Below are positions 11,443-27,700 of a stretch of 64,000 nucleotides of DNA, piece by piece (the first letter of the stretch is position 1; every line of letters starts with the position of its first letter). This DNA is from Eledone cirrhosa (lineage: Eukaryota), in NCBI GenBank assembly GCA_964016885.1, contig OZ024740.1, forward strand, positions 5,146,001 to 5,210,000, written 5' to 3'. Position numbers and translations under genes: made by a program. The notes under the pieces are model-generated. The model was not told the origin of the DNA, did no database searches, and saw only the letters and a program-made list of their open reading frames with translations.

Positions 11443-11637
11443 TAGGAAAAGGTTCAGGACCCCAATGGCAGAGCTCAAGCTGTTTGGATGGCTATTTCTG
11501 AGTCCAGAAATAGCCGTCAAAACAGCTTGAGCTCTGCCATCGGGGTCCTGAACCTTTTCCTATTACCCACTCTACTACCCAAAGTATCAAGTACTCTGGT
11601 GCATTATGGTCCATCTGGTTCCTTACCACACTTCCTT
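11443..11637 (+). mobile_element. Short element whose first ~58 bp are inverted-duplicated (120-bp hairpin)
   Basis: taggaaaaggttcaggacccc...gctatttctg agtc cagaaatagc...ggggtcctgaaccttttccta, followed by tacccactctactacc...ccttaccac as in the non-palindromic copy at 49883. Confidence 0.8.
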
Positions 11638-11639
11638 CA

Positions 11640-11822
11640 TTGAATTGGCAGTATCGGTAGAGGGTTGGATGCCATGTTTTCTAGCATAGTTACGTCCCTT
11701 TACATTCTGAGTTCAAATCCCGCCGAAGTTAACTTGCCTTTCATCCTTACGGGGGTCGATAAAATAAAGTACCAGTAATATACTAGGTAATTGCTGGCCT
11801 TGTGCCAAAAGTAGAAACAATT
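11640..11822 (+). mobile_element. SINE family 2 (tRNA-like B box plus gcctttcatcc...gggtcgataaaat domain)
   Basis: gagttcaaatcccgccga B box and 3' end ggccttgtgccaaaagtagaaacaat. Five copies occur in the window. Confidence 0.8.
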
Positions 11823-11836
11823 ATATATATATATAT

Positions 11837-12290
11837 AGGATTGAGAATAAACTAAGCCAAAACTAAAGTGCTAGTAAGTAGCAAAGAAGACAGGACCCTG
11901 GTCCTTCAGGGAAGTAGCTCTACTCGATTTGTAGAAAAGGAGTAAGCATAAACTCTATACGATGTACATATGACATGTAGTGGGATAACAGGTAGAGTAA
12001 CAGGAAAGAAGACTTTGTATGTAAAAGATGCACAGGTGTAATCAACGAGAAGAGTGTCAGTGATATAAACATTTTCCAATCACATGAAGAAACCTTAGAA
12101 GTGGTTGATAGCTTCTGCTATCTAGGCGGCCTTATTAGCAGTGGAGGAGGGTGATCTAAGGGCATAATAGCTAGAATAAGGATAGGATGGAAGATGTTTA
12201 GAGAACTACTACGACAGTTGACAACAACAAAAGGTTTTTCCCTATGTATAAAAGGGTGGCTGTATGACAGTTGTGTGTGGAGTGCAATAT
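11837..12290 (+). mobile_element. Older, degenerate RTE RT fragment
   Basis: Homologous to 6858-7325 (aaaactaaagtgctagtaagta; gatagcttctgctatctagg; ctgtatgacagttgtg). Confidence 0.75.
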
Positions 12291-12722
12291 ATATCCCATA
12301 TATCCCTAAAACCAACACTAAAATGATATTAAAACATAACTATCAGAGTCACACCATACATCTTACAAAATATCATTAAAACACATCATATTCCCATAGA
12401 AAACCAATACCCATCACAAACAAATTCATTTATTAAATCATCTCACGATTTTACCAATAATAATCTAGAATTTATAATTATAATTTTAAATTAAAATACA
12501 ATAGCTGCAGACATTCTGGTAAAGATGACACTCAGGTTACAGCTGTTACCATCATCCACTTTCTGTTACAAGTGTAGCAGCCAGGCTTTCTCTGCCACAA
12601 TCTCTGTGGCGAACTTATACCACACTCCCCCTCATCCAACACATAAAATTAAAAAAAAATAAATAAACATCCATCACACATCTCAGCCGAAAACATTAAT
12701 ACAACACTTCACAATCGTAGTC

Positions 12723-15700
12723 GCTCCTTAATTCACACCAGTCAACACCTCGCAATAACTCCTTAATTCACACCAGTCAACACCTCGCAATAACTCCTTA
12801 ATTCACACCAGTCAACCCCTCGCATTAACTCCTTAATTCACACCAGTCAACACCTCGCCATAACTCCTTAATTCACGCCAGTCAACCCCTCGCATTAACT
12901 CCTTAATTCACACCAGTCAACACCTCGCATTAACTCCTTAATTCACACCAGTCAACACCTTGCCATAACTCCTTAATTCACACCAGTCAACACCTCGCAA
13001 TAACTCCTTAATTCACACCAGTCAACACCTTGCCATAACTCCTTAATTCACACCAGTCAACACCTCGCATTAACTCTTTAATTCACACCAGTCAACCCCT
13101 CGCAGTCACTCCTTAATTCACACCAGTCAACCCCTCGCATTAACTCCTTAATTCACACCAGTCAACACCTCGCATTAACTCTTTAATTCACACCAGTCAA
13201 CCCCTCGCAGTCACTCCTTAATTCACACCAGTCAACCCCTCGCCATAACTCCTTAATTCACGCCAGTCAACCCCTCGCATTAACTCCTTAATTCACACCA
13301 GTCAACACCTCGCATTAACTCCTTAATTCACACCAGTCAACACCTTGCCATAACTCCTTAATTCACACCAGTCAACCCCTCGCATTAACTCCTTAATTCA
13401 CACCAGTCAACACCTTGCCATAACTCCTTAATTCACACCAGTCAACACCTCGCATTAACTCTTTAATTCACACCAGTCAACCCCTCGCAATAACTCCTTA
13501 ATTCACACAAGTCAACCCCTCGCAATAACTCCTTAATTCACACCAGTCAACCCCTCGCAGTCACTCCTTAATTCACACCAGTCAAACCCTCGCATTAACT
13601 CCTTAATTCACACCAGTCAACACCTCGCATTAACCCCTTAATTCACACCAGTCAAACCCTCGCATTAACTCCTTAATTCACACCAGTCAACACCTCGCAG
13701 TCACTCCTTAATTCACACCAGTCAACACCTCGCATTAACTCCTTAATTCACACCAGTCAACACCTCGCAGTCACTCCTTAATTCACACCAGTCAACACCT
13801 CGCATTAACTCCTTAATTCACACCAGTCAAACCCTCGCATTAACTCCTTAATTCACACCAGTCAACCCCTCGCAGTCACTCCTTAATTCACACCAGTCAA
13901 CACCTCGCATTCACTCCTTAATTCACACCAGTCAACCCCTCGCAGTCACTCCTTAATTCACACCAGTCAACCCCTCGCAGTCACTCCTTAATTCACACCA
14001 GTCAACCCCTCGCAGTCACTCCTTAATTCACACCAGTCAACCCCTCGCAGTCACTCCTTAATTCACACCAGTCAACACCTCGCATTAACTCCTTAATTCA
14101 CACCAGTCAACACCTCGCATTCACTCCTTAATTCACACCAGTCAACACCTCGCATTCACTCCTTAATTCACACCAGTCAACACCTCGCATTCACTCCTTA
14201 ATTCACACCAGTCAACACCTCGCATTCACTCCTTAATTCACACCAGTCAACACCTCGCATTCACTCCTTAATTCACACCAGTCAACACCTCGCATTAACT
14301 CCTTAATTCACACCAGTCAACACCTCGCAGTCACTCCTTAATTCACACCAGTCAACCCCTCGCAGTCACTCCTTAATTCACACCAGTCAACCCCTCGCAG
14401 TCACTCCTTAATTCACACAAGTCAACCCCTCGCAATAACTCCTTAATTCACACCAGTCAACCCCTCGTATTAACTCCTTAATTCACACCAGTCAACCCCT
14501 CGCAGTCACTCCTTAATTCACACCAGTCAACCCCTCGCAATAACTCTTTAATTCACACCAGTCAACACCTCGCATTAACTCCTTAATTCACACCAGTCAA
14601 CACCTCGCCATAACTCCTTAATACACACCAGTCAACCCCTCGCCATAACTCATTAATTCACACCAGTCAACCCCTCGCAGTCACTCCTTAATTCACACCA
14701 GTCAACCCCTCGCAATAACTCCTTAATTCACACCAGTCAACACCTCGCCATAACTCCTTAATTCACACCAGTCAACCCCTCGCAGTCACTCCTTAATTCA
14801 CACCAGTCAACCCCTCGCAATAACTCCTTAATTCACACCAGTCAACACCTCGCATTAACTCCTTAATTCACACCAGTCAACACCTCGCATTAACTCCTTA
14901 ATTCACACCAGTCAACACCTCGCATTCACTCCTTAATTCACACCAGTCAACACCTAGCATTCACTCCTTAATTCACACCAGTCAACACCTCGCATTCACT
15001 CCTTAATTCACACCAGTCAACACCTCGCATTCACTTCTAAATTCACACCAGTCAACACCTCGCATTAACCCCTTAATTCACACCAGTCAACACCTCGCAT
15101 TAACTCCTTAATTCACACCAGTCAACACCTCGCATTCACTCCTTAATTCACACCAGTCAACACCTCGCATTCACTCCTTAATTCACACCAGTCAACACCT
15201 CGCATTCACTCCTTAATTCACACCAGTCAACACCTCGCATTAACTCCTTAATTCACACCAGTCAACACCTCGCATTCACTCCTTAATTCACACCAGTCAA
15301 CACCTCGCATTAACTCCTTAATTCACACCAGTCAACACCTCGCAATAACTCCTTAATTCACACCAGTCAACACCTCGCAATAACTCCTTAATTCACACCA
15401 GTCAACACCTCGCATTAACTCCTTAATTCACACCAGTCAACACCTCGCCATAACTCCTTAATTCACACCAGTCAACACCTCGCAATAACTCCTTAATTCA
15501 CACCAGTCAACACCTCGCATTAACTCCTTAATTCACACCAGTCAACACCTCGCAATAACTCCTTAATTCACACCAGTCAACACCTCGCCATAACTCCTTA
15601 ATTCACACCAGTCAACACCTCGCATTAACTCCTTAATTCACACCAGTCAACACCTCGCATTCACTCCTTAATTCACACCAGTCAACACCTCGCATTCACT

Positions 15701-18700
15701 CCTTAATTCACACCAGTCAACACCTCGCATTCACTCCTTAATTCACACCAGTCAACACCTCGCATTCACTCCTTAATTCACACCAGTCAACACCTCGCAT
15801 TCACTCCTTAATTCACACCAGTCAACACCTCGCATTAACTCCTTAATTCACACCAGTCAACACCTCGCAGTCACTCCTTAATTCACACCAGTCAACCCCT
15901 CGCAGTCACTCCTTAATTCACACCAGTCAACCCCTCGCAGTCACTCCTTAATTCACACAAGTCAACCCCTCGCAATAACTCCTTAATTCACACCAGTCAA
16001 CCCCTCGTATTAACTCCTTAATTCACACCAGTCAACCCCTCGCAGTCACTCCTTAATTCACACCAGTCAACCCCTCGCAATAACTCTTTAATTCACACCA
16101 GTCAACACCTCGCATTAACTCCTTAATTCACACCAGTCAACACCTCGCCATAACTCCTTAATTCACACCAGTCAACCCCTCGCCATAACTCATTAATTCA
16201 CACCAGTCAACCCCTCGCAGTCACTCCTTAATTCACACCAGTCAACCCCTCGCAATAACTCCTTAATTCACACCAGTCAACACCTCGCCATAACTCCTTA
16301 ATTCACACCAGTCAACCCCTCGCAGTCACTCCTTAATTCACACCAGTCAACCCCTCGCAATAACTCCTTAATTCACACCAGTCAACACCTCACATTAACT
16401 CCTTAATTCACACCAGTCAACACCTCGCATTAACTCCTTAATTCACACCAGTCAACACCTCGCATTCACTCCTTAATTCACACCAGTCAACACCTAGCAT
16501 TCACTCCTTAATTCACACCAGTCAACACCTCGCATTCACTCCTTAATTCACACCAGTCAACACCTCGCATTCACTTCTAAATTCACACCAGTCAACACCT
16601 CGCATTAACCCCTTAATTCACACCAGTCAACACCTCGCATTAACTCCTTAATTCACACCAGTCAACACCTCGCATTCACTCCTTAATTCACACCAGTCAA
16701 CACCTCGCATTCACTCCTTAATTCACACCAGTCAACACCTCGCATTCACTCCTTAATTCACACCAGTCAACACCTCGCATTAACTCCTTAATTCACACCA
16801 GTCAACACCTCGCATTCACTCCTTAATTCACACCAGTCAACACCTCGCATTAACTCCTTAATTCACACCAGTCAACACCTCGCAATAACTCCTTAATTCA
16901 CACCAGTCAACACCTCGCATTAACTCCTTAATTCACACCAGTCAACACCTCGCAATAACTCCTTAATTCACACCAGTCAACCCCTCGCAATAACACCTTA
17001 ATTCACACCAGTCAACACCTCGCATTAACTCCTTAATTCACACCAGTCAACACCTCGCATTAACTCCTTAATTCACACCAGTCAACCCCTCGCAATAACA
17101 CCTTAATTCACACCAGTCAACACCTCGCAATAACTCCTTAATTCACACCAGTCAACACCTCGCAATAACTCCTTAATTCACACCAGTCAACACCTCGCCA
17201 TAACTCCTTAATTCACACCAGTCAACCCCTCGCAGTCACTCCTTAATTCACACCAGTCAACACCTCGCAATAACTCCTTAATTCACACCAGTCAACACCT
17301 CGCAATAACTCCTTAATTCACACCAGTCAACACCTCGCCATAACTCCTTAATTCACACCAGGCAACACCTCGCAGTCACTCCTTAATTCACACCAGTCAA
17401 CACCTCGCAGTAACTCCTTAATTCACACCAGTCAACACCTCGCAATAACTCCTTAATTCACACCAGTCAACACCTCGCATTAACTCCTTAATTCACACCA
17501 GTCAACACCTCGCAATAATTCCTTTATTCACACCAGTCAACACCTCGCAATAACTCCTTAATTCACACCAGTCAACACCTCGCATTAACTCCTTAATTCA
17601 CACCAGTCAACACCTCGCAATAACTCCTTAATTCACACCAGTCAACACCTCGCAATCACTCCTTAATTCACACCAGTCAACACCTCGCAATAACTCCTTA
17701 ATTCACACCAGTCAACCCCTCGCAATAACACCTTAATTCACACCAGTCAACACCTCGCATTAACTCCTTAATTCACACCAGTCAACACCTCGCAATAACT
17801 CCTTAATTCACACCAGTCAACCCCTCGCAGTCACTCCTTAATTCACACCAGTCAACCCCTCGCAGTCACGCCTTAATTCACACCAGTCAACACCTCGCAT
17901 TAACTCCTTAATTCACACCAGTCAACACCTCGCAATAACTCCTTAATTCACACCAGTCAACACCTCGCAATAACTCCTTAATTCACACCAGTCAACACCT
18001 CGCATTAACTCCTTAATTCACACCAGTCAACACCTCGCATTAACTCCTTAATTCACACCAGTCAACACCTCGCATTAACTCCTTAATTCACACCAGTCAA
18101 CACCTCGCATTAACTCCTTAATTCACACCAGTCAACACCTCGCAATAACTCCTTAATTCACACCAGTCAACACCTCGCAATAACTCCTTAATTCACACCA
18201 GTCAACACCTCGCATTAACTCCTTAATTCACACCAGTCAACACCTCGCATTAACTCCTTAATTCACACCAGTCAACACCTCGCAATAACTCCTTAATTCA
18301 CACCAGTCAACACCTCGCAATAACTCCTTAATTCACACCAGTCAACACCTCGCATTAACTCCTTAATTCACACCAGTCAACACCTCGCATTAACTCCTTA
18401 ATTCACAACAGTCAACACCTCGCAATAACTCCTTAATTCACACCAGTCAACACCTCGCAATAACTCCTTAATTCACACCAGTCAACCCCTCGCAATAACT
18501 CCTTAATTCACACCAGTCAACACCTCGCAATAACTCCTTAATTCACACCAGTCAACCCCTCGCAGTCACTCCTTAATTCACACCAGTCAACACCTCGCAA
18601 TAACTCCTTAATTCACACCAGTCAACACCTCGCATTAACTCCTTAATTCACACCAGTCAACACTTCGCAGTCACTCCTTAATTCACACCAGTCAACACCT

Positions 18701-21700
18701 CGCAATAACTCCTTAATTCACACCAGTCAACACCTCGCAATAACTCCTTAATTCACACCAGTCAACACCTCGCAGTCACTCCTTAATTCACACCAGTCAA
18801 CACCTCGCATTAACTCCTTAATTCACACCAGTCAACACTTCGCATTCACTCCTTAATTCACACCAGTCAACCCCTCGCAGTCACTCCTTAATTCACACCC
18901 AGTCAACACCTCGCAATAACTCCTTAATTCACACCAGTCAACACTTCGCATTCACTCCTTAATTCACACCAGTCAACCCCTCGCAGTCACTCCTTAATTC
19001 ACACCAGTCAACACCTCGCAATAACTCCTTAATTCACACCAGTCAACACCTAGCAGTCACTCCTTAATTCACACCAGTCAACACCTCGCAATAACTCCTT
19101 GATTCACACCAGTCAACACTTCGCATTCACTCCTTAATTCACACCAGTCAACCCCTCGCATTCACTCCTTAATTCACACCAGTCAACACCTCGCAATAAC
19201 TCCTTAATTCACACCAGTCAACCTCTCGCAATAACTCCTTAATTCACACCAGTCAACACCTCGCAGTCACTCCTTAATTCACACCAGTCAACACCTCACC
19301 ATAACTCCTTAATTCACACCAGTCAACACCTCGCCATAACTCCTTAATTCACACCAGTCAACACCTCGCATTAACTCCTTAATTCACACCAGTCAACCCC
19401 TCGCATTAACTCCTTAATTCACACCAGTCAACACCTCGCATTAACTCCTTAATTCACACCAGTCAACACCTCGCATTAACTCCTTAATTCACACCAGTCA
19501 ACACCTCGCATTAACTCCTTAATTCACACCAGTCAACACCTCGCAATAACTCCTTAATTCACACCAGTCAACACCTCGCAATAACTCCTTAATTCACACC
19601 AGTCAACACCTCGCAATAACTCCTTAATTCACACCAGTCAACCCCTCGCAATAACACCTTAATTCACACCAGTCAACACCTCGCATTAACTCCTTAATTC
19701 ACACCAGTCAACACCTCGCATTAACTCCTTAATTCACACCAGTCAACACCTCGCAGTCACTCCTTAATTCACACCCAGTCAACACCTCGCAATAACTCCT
19801 TAATTCACACCAGTCAACACCTCGCAATAACTCCTTAATTCACACCAGTCAACACCTCGCAGTCACTCCTTAATTCACACCAGTCAACACCTCGCAATAA
19901 CTCCTTAATTCACACCAGTCAACACCTAGCAGTCACTCCTTAATTCACACCAGTCAACACCTCGCAATAACTCCTTAATTCACACCAGTCAACACTTCGC
20001 ATTCACTCCTTAATTCACACCAGTCAACACCTCGCAATAACTCCTTAATTCACACCAGTCAACCCCTCGCAATAACTCCTTAATTCACACCAGTCAACAC
20101 CTCGCAGTCACTCCTTAATTCACACCAGTCAACACCTCACCATAACTCCTTAATTCACACCAGTCAACACCTCGCCATAACTCCTTAATTCACACCAGTC
20201 AACACCTCGCATTAACTCCTTAATTCACACAAGTCAACCCCTCGCATTAACTCCTTAATTCACACCAGTCAACACCTCGCATTAACTCCTTAATTCACAC
20301 CAGTCAACACTTCGCATTCACTCCTTAATTCACACCAGTCAACCCCTCGCAGTCACTCCTTAATTCACACCCAGTCAACACCTCGCAATAACTCCTTAAT
20401 TCACACCAGTCAACACTTCGCATTCACTCCTTAATTCACACCAGTCAATCCCTCGCAGTCACTCCTTAATTCACACCAGTCAACACCTCGCAATAACTCC
20501 TTAATTCACACCAGTCAACACCTAGCAGTCACTCCTTAATTCACACCAGTCAACACCTCGCAATAACTCCTTAATTCACACCAGTCAACACTTCGCATTC
20601 ACTCCTTAATTCACACCAGTCAACCCCTCGCCATAACTCCTTAATTCACACCAGTCAACACCTCGCAATAACTCCTTAATTCACACCAGTCAACCCCTCG
20701 CAATAACTCCTTAATTCACACCAGTCAACACCTCGCAGTCACTCCTTAATTCACACCAGTCAACACCTCACCATAACTCCTTAATTCACACCAGTCAACA
20801 CCTCGCCATAACTCCTTAATTCACACCAGTCAACACCTCGCATTAACTCCTTAATTCACACCAGTCAACACCTCGCATTAACTCCTTAATTCACACCAGT
20901 CAACACCTCGCATTAACTCCTTAATTCACACCAGTCAACACCTCGCATTAACTCCTTAATTCACACCAGTCAACACCTCGCATTAACTCCTTAATTCACA
21001 CCAGTCAACCCCTCGCATTAACTCCTTAATTCACACCAGTCAACCCCTCGCATTAACTCCTTAATTCACACCAGTCAACCCCTCGCATTAACTCCTTAAT
21101 TCACACCAGTCAACACCTCGCATTAACTCCTTAATTCACACCAGTCAACACCTCGCATTAACTCCTTAATTCACACCAGTCAACACCTCGCATTAACTCC
21201 TTAATTCACAACAGTCAACACCTCGCAATAACTCCTTAATTCACACCAGTCAACACCTCGCAATAACTCCTTAATTCACACCAGTCAACCCCTCGCAATA
21301 ACTCCTTAATTCACACCAGTCAACACCTCGCAATAACTCCTTAATTCACACCAGTCAACCCCTCGCAGTCACTCCTTAATTCACACCAGTCAACACCTCG
21401 CAATAACTCCTTAATTCACACCAGTCAACACCTCGCATTAACTCCTTAATTCACACCAGTCAACACTTCGCAGTCACTCCTTAATTCACACCAGTCAACA
21501 CCTCGCAATAACTCCTTAATTCACACCAGTCAACACCTCGCAATAACTCCTTAATTCACACCAGTCAACACCTCGCAGTCACTCCTTAATTCACACCAGT
21601 CAACACCTCGCATTAACTCCTTAATTCACACCAGTCAACACTTCGCATTCACTCCTTAATTCACACCAGTCAACCCCTCGCAGTCACTCCTTAATTCACA

Positions 21701-24700
21701 CCCAGTCAACACCTCGCAATAACTCCTTAATTCACACCAGTCAACACTTCGCATTCACTCCTTAATTCACACCAGTCAACCCCTCGCAGTCACTCCTTAA
21801 TTCACACCAGTCAACACCTCGCAATAACTCCTTAATTCACACCAGTCAACACCTAGCAGTCACTCCTTAATTCACACCAGTCAACACCTCGCAATAACTC
21901 CTTGATTCACACCAGTCAACACTTCGCATTCACTCCTTAATTCACACCAGTCAACCCCTCGCATTCACTCCTTAATTCACACCAGTCAACACCTCGCAAT
22001 AACTCCTTAATTCACACCAGTCAACCCCTCGCAATAACTCCTTAATTCACACCAGTCAACACCTCGCAGTCACTCCTTAATTCACACCAGTCAACACCTC
22101 ACCATAACTCCTTAATTCACACCAGTCAACACCTCGCCATAACTCCTTAATTCACACCAGTCAACACCTCGCATTAACTCCTTAATTCACACCAGTCAAC
22201 CCCTCGCATTAACTCCTTAATTCACACCAGTCAACACCTCGCATTAACTCCTTAATTCACACCAGTCAACACCTCGCATTAACTCCTTAATTCACACCAG
22301 TCAACACCTCGCATTAACTCCTTAATTCACACCAGTCAACACCTCGCAATAACTCCTTAATTCACACCAGTCAACACCTCGCAATAACTCCTTAATTCAC
22401 ACCAGTCAACACCTCGCAATAACTCCTTAATTCACACCAGTCAACCCCTCGCAATAACACCTTAATTCACACCAGTCAACACCTCGCATTAACTCCTTAA
22501 TTCACACCAGTCAACACCTCGCATTAACTCCTTAATTCACACCAGTCAACACCTCGCAGTCACTCCTTAATTCACACCCAGTCAACACCTCGCAATAACT
22601 CCTTAATTCACACCAGTCAACACCTCGCAATAACTCCTTAATTCACACCAGTCAACACCTCGCAGTCACTCCTTAATTCACACCAGTCAACACCTCGCAA
22701 TAACTCCTTAATTCACACCAGTCAACACCTAGCAGTCACTCCTTAATTCACACCAGTCAACACCTCGCAATAACTCCTTAATTCACACCAGTCAACACTT
22801 CGCATTCACTCCTTAATTCACACCAGTCAACCCCTCGCATTCACTCCTTAATTCACACCAGTCAACACCTCGCAATAACTCCTTAATTCACACCAGTCAA
22901 CCCCTCGCAATAACTCCTTAATTCACACCAGTCAACACCTCGCAGTCACTCCTTAATTCACACCAGTCAACACCTCACCATAACTCCTTAATTCACACCA
23001 GTCAACACCTCGCCATAACTCCTTAATTCACACCAGTCAACACCTCGCATTAACTCCTTAATTCACACAAGTCAACCCCTCGCATTAACTCCTTAATTCA
23101 CACCAGTCAACACCTCGCATTAACTCCTTAATTCACACCAGTCAACACTTCGCATTCACTCCTTAATTCACACCAGTCAACCCCTTGCAGTCACTCCTTA
23201 ATTCACACCCAGTCAACACCTCGCAATAACTCCTTAATTCACACCAGTCAACACTTCGCATTCACTCCTTAATTCACACCAGTCAATCCCTCGCAGTCAC
23301 TCCTTAATTCACACCAGTCAACACCTCGCAATAACTCCTTAATTCACACCAGTCAACACCTAGCAGTCACTCCTTAATTCACACCAGTCAACACCTCGCA
23401 ATAACTCCTTAATTCACACCAGTCAACACTTCGCATTCACTGCTTAATTCACACCAGTCAACACCTCGCCATAACTCCTTAATTCACACCAGTCAACACC
23501 TCGCATTAACTCCTTAATTCACACCAGTCAACACCTCGCATTAACTCCTTAATTCACACCAGTCAACCCCTCGCATTAACTCCTTAATTCACACCAGTCA
23601 ACACCTCGCATTAACTCCTTAATTCACACCAGTCAACACCTCGCATTAACTCCTTAATTCACTCCAGTCAACACCTCACCATAACTCCTTAATTCACACC
23701 AGTCAACACCTCGCCATAACTCCTTAATTCACACCAGTCAACACCTCGCATTAACTCCTTAATTCACACCAGTCAACACCTCGCAATAACTCCTTAATTC
23801 ACACCAGTCAACCCCTCGCAATAACTCCTTAATTCACACCAGTCAACACCTCGCAGTCACTCCTTAATTCACACCAGTCAACACCTCACCATAACTCCTT
23901 AATTCACACCAGTCAACACCTCGCCATAACTCCTTAATTCACACCAGTCAACACCTCGCATTAACTCCTTAATTCACACAAGTCAACCCCTCGCATTAAC
24001 TCCTTAATTCACACCAGTCAACACCTCGCATTAACTCCTTAATTCACACCAGTCAACACTTCGCATTCACTCCTTAATTCACACCAGTCAACCCCTCGCA
24101 GTCACTCCTTAATTCACACCCAGTCAACACCTCGCAATAACTCCTTAATTCACACCAGTCAACACTTCGCATTCACTCCTTAATTCACACCAGTCAATCC
24201 CTCGCAGTCACTCCTTAATTCACACCAGTCAACACCTCGCAATAACTCCTTAATTCACACCAGTCAACACCTAGCAGTCACTCCTTAATTCACACCAGTC
24301 AACACCTCGCAATAACTCCTTAATTCACACCAGTCAACACTTCGCATTCACTCCTTAATTCACACCAGTCAACCCCTCGCCATAACTCCTTAATTCACAC
24401 CAGTCAACACCTCGCAATAACTCCTTAATTCACACCAGTCAACCCCTCGCAATAACTCCTTAATTCACACCAGTCAACACCTCGCAGTCACTCCTTAATT
24501 CACACCAGTCAACACCTCACCATAACTCCTTAATTCACACCAGTCAACACCTCGCCATAACTCCTTAATTCACACCAGTCAACACCTCGCATTAACTCCT
24601 TAATTCACACCAGTCAACACCTCGCATTAACTCCTTAATTCACACCAGTCAACACCTCGCATTAACTCCTTAATTCACACCAGTCAACACCTCGCATTAA

Positions 24701-27700
24701 CTCCTTAATTCACACCAGTCAACACCTCGCATTAACTCCTTAATTCACACCAGTCAACCCCTCGCATTAACTCCTTAATTCACACCAGTCAACCCCTCGC
24801 ATTAACTCCTTAATTCACACCAGTCAACCCCTCGCATTAACTCCTTAATTCACACCAGTCAACACCTCGCATTAACTCCTTAATTCACACCAGTCAACAC
24901 CTCGCATTAACTCCTTAATTCACACCAGTCAACACCTCGCATTAACTCCTTAATTCACAACAGTCAACACCTCGCAATAACTCCTTAATTCACACCAGTC
25001 AACACCTCGCAATAACTCCTTAATTCACACCAGTCAACCCCTCGCAATAACTCCTTAATTCACACCAGTCAACACCTCGCAATAACTCCTTAATTCACAC
25101 CAGTCAACCCCTCGCAGTCACTCCTTAATTCACACCAGTCAACACCTCGCAATAACTCCTTAATTCACACCAGTCAACACCTCGCATTAACTCCTTAATT
25201 CACACCAGTCAACACTTCGCAGTCACTCCTTAATTCACACCAGTCAACACCTCGCAATAACTCCTTAATTCACACCAGTCAACACCTCGCAATAACTCCT
25301 TAATTCACACCAGTCAACACCTCGCAGTCACTCCTTAATTCACACCAGTCAACACCTCGCATTAACTCCTTAATTCACACCAGTCAACACTTCGCATTCA
25401 CTCCTTAATTCACACCAGTCAACCCCTCGCAGTCACTCCTTAATTCACACCCAGTCAACACCTCGCAATAACTCCTTAATTCACACCAGTCAACACTTCG
25501 CATTCACTCCTTAATTCACACCAGTCAACCCCTCGCAGTCACTCCTTAATTCACACCAGTCAACACCTCGCAATAACTCCTTAATTCACACCAGTCAACA
25601 CCTAGCAGTCACTCCTTAATTCACACCAGTCAACACCTCGCAATAACTCCTTGATTCACACCAGTCAACACTTCGCATTCACTCCTTAATTCACACCAGT
25701 CAACCCCTCGCATTCACTCCTTAATTCACACCAGTCAACACCTCGCAATAACTCCTTAATTCACACCAGTCAACCCCTCGCAATAACTCCTTAATTCACA
25801 CCAGTCAACACCTCGCAGTCACTCCTTAATTCACACCAGTCAACACCTCACCATAACTCCTTAATTCACACCAGTCAACACCTCGCCATAACTCCTTAAT
25901 TCACACCAGTCAACACCTCGCATTAACTCCTTAATTCACACCAGTCAACCCCTCGCATTAACTCCTTAATTCACACCAGTCAACACCTCGCATTAACTCC
26001 TTAATTCACACCAGTCAACACCTCGCATTAACTCCTTAATTCACACCAGTCAACACCTCGCATTAACTCCTTAATTCACACCAGTCAACACCTCGCAATA
26101 ACTCCTTAATTCACACCAGTCAACACCTCGCAATAACTCCTTAATTCACACCAGTCAACACCTCGCAATAACTCCTTAATTCACACCAGTCAACCCCTCG
26201 CAATAACACCTTAATTCACACCAGTCAACACCTCGCATTAACTCCTTAATTCACACCAGTCAACACCTCGCATTAACTCCTTAATTCACACCAGTCAACA
26301 CCTCGCAGTCACTCCTTAATTCACACCCAGTCAACACCTCGCAATAACTCCTTAATTCACACCAGTCAACACCTCGCAATAACTCCTTAATTCACACCAG
26401 TCAACACCTCGCAGTCACTCCTTAATTCACACCAGTCAACACCTCGCAATAACTCCTTAATTCACACCAGTCAACACCTAGCAGTCACTCCTTAATTCAC
26501 ACCAGTCAACACCTCGCAATAACTCCTTAATTCACACCAGTCAACACTTCGCATTCACTCCTTAATTCACACCAGTCAACCCCTCGCATTCACTCCTTAA
26601 TTCACACCAGTCAACACCTCGCAATAACTCCTTAATTCACACCAGTCAACCCCTCGCAATAACTCCTTAATTCACACCAGTCAACACCTCGCAGTCACTC
26701 CTTAATTCACACCAGTCAACACCTCACCATAACTCCTTAATTCACACCAGTCAACACCTCGCCATAACTCCTTAATTCACACCAGTCAACACCTCGCATT
26801 AACTCCTTAATTCACACAAGTCAACCCCTCGCATTAACTCCTTAATTCACACCAGTCAACACCTCGCATTAACTCCTTAATTCACACCAGTCAACACTTC
26901 GCATTCACTCCTTAATTCACACCAGTCAACCCCTTGCAGTCACTCCTTAATTCACACCCAGTCAACACCTCGCAATAACTCCTTAATTCACACCAGTCAA
27001 CACTTCGCATTCACTCCTTAATTCACACCAGTCAATCCCTCGCAGTCACTCCTTAATTCACACCAGTCAACACCTCGCAATAACTCCTTAATTCACACCA
27101 GTCAACACCTAGCAGTCACTCCTTAATTCACACCAGTCAACACCTCGCAATAACTCCTTAATTCACACCAGTCAACACTTCGCATTCACTGCTTAATTCA
27201 CACCAGTCAACACCTCGCCATAACTCCTTAATTCACACCAGTCAACACCTCGCATTAACTCCTTAATTCACACCAGTCAACACCTCGCATTAACTCCTTA
27301 ATTCACACCAGTCAACCCCTCGCATTAACTCCTTAATTCACACCAGTCAACACCTCGCATTAACTCCTTAATTCACACCAGTCAACACCTCGCATTAACT
27401 CCTTAATTCACACCAGTCAACACCTCACCATAACTCCTTAATTCACACCAGTCAACACCTCGCCATAACTCCTTAATTCACACCAGTCAACACCTCGCAT
27501 TAACTCCTTAATTCACACCAGTCAACACCTCGCATTAACTCCTTAATTCACACCAGTCAACACCTCGCATTAACTCCTTAATTCACACCAGTCAACACCT
27601 CGCATTAACTCCTTAATTCACACCAGTCAACACCTCGCATTAACTCCTTAATTCACACCAGTCAACACCTCGCAATAACTCCTTAATTCACACCAGTCAA

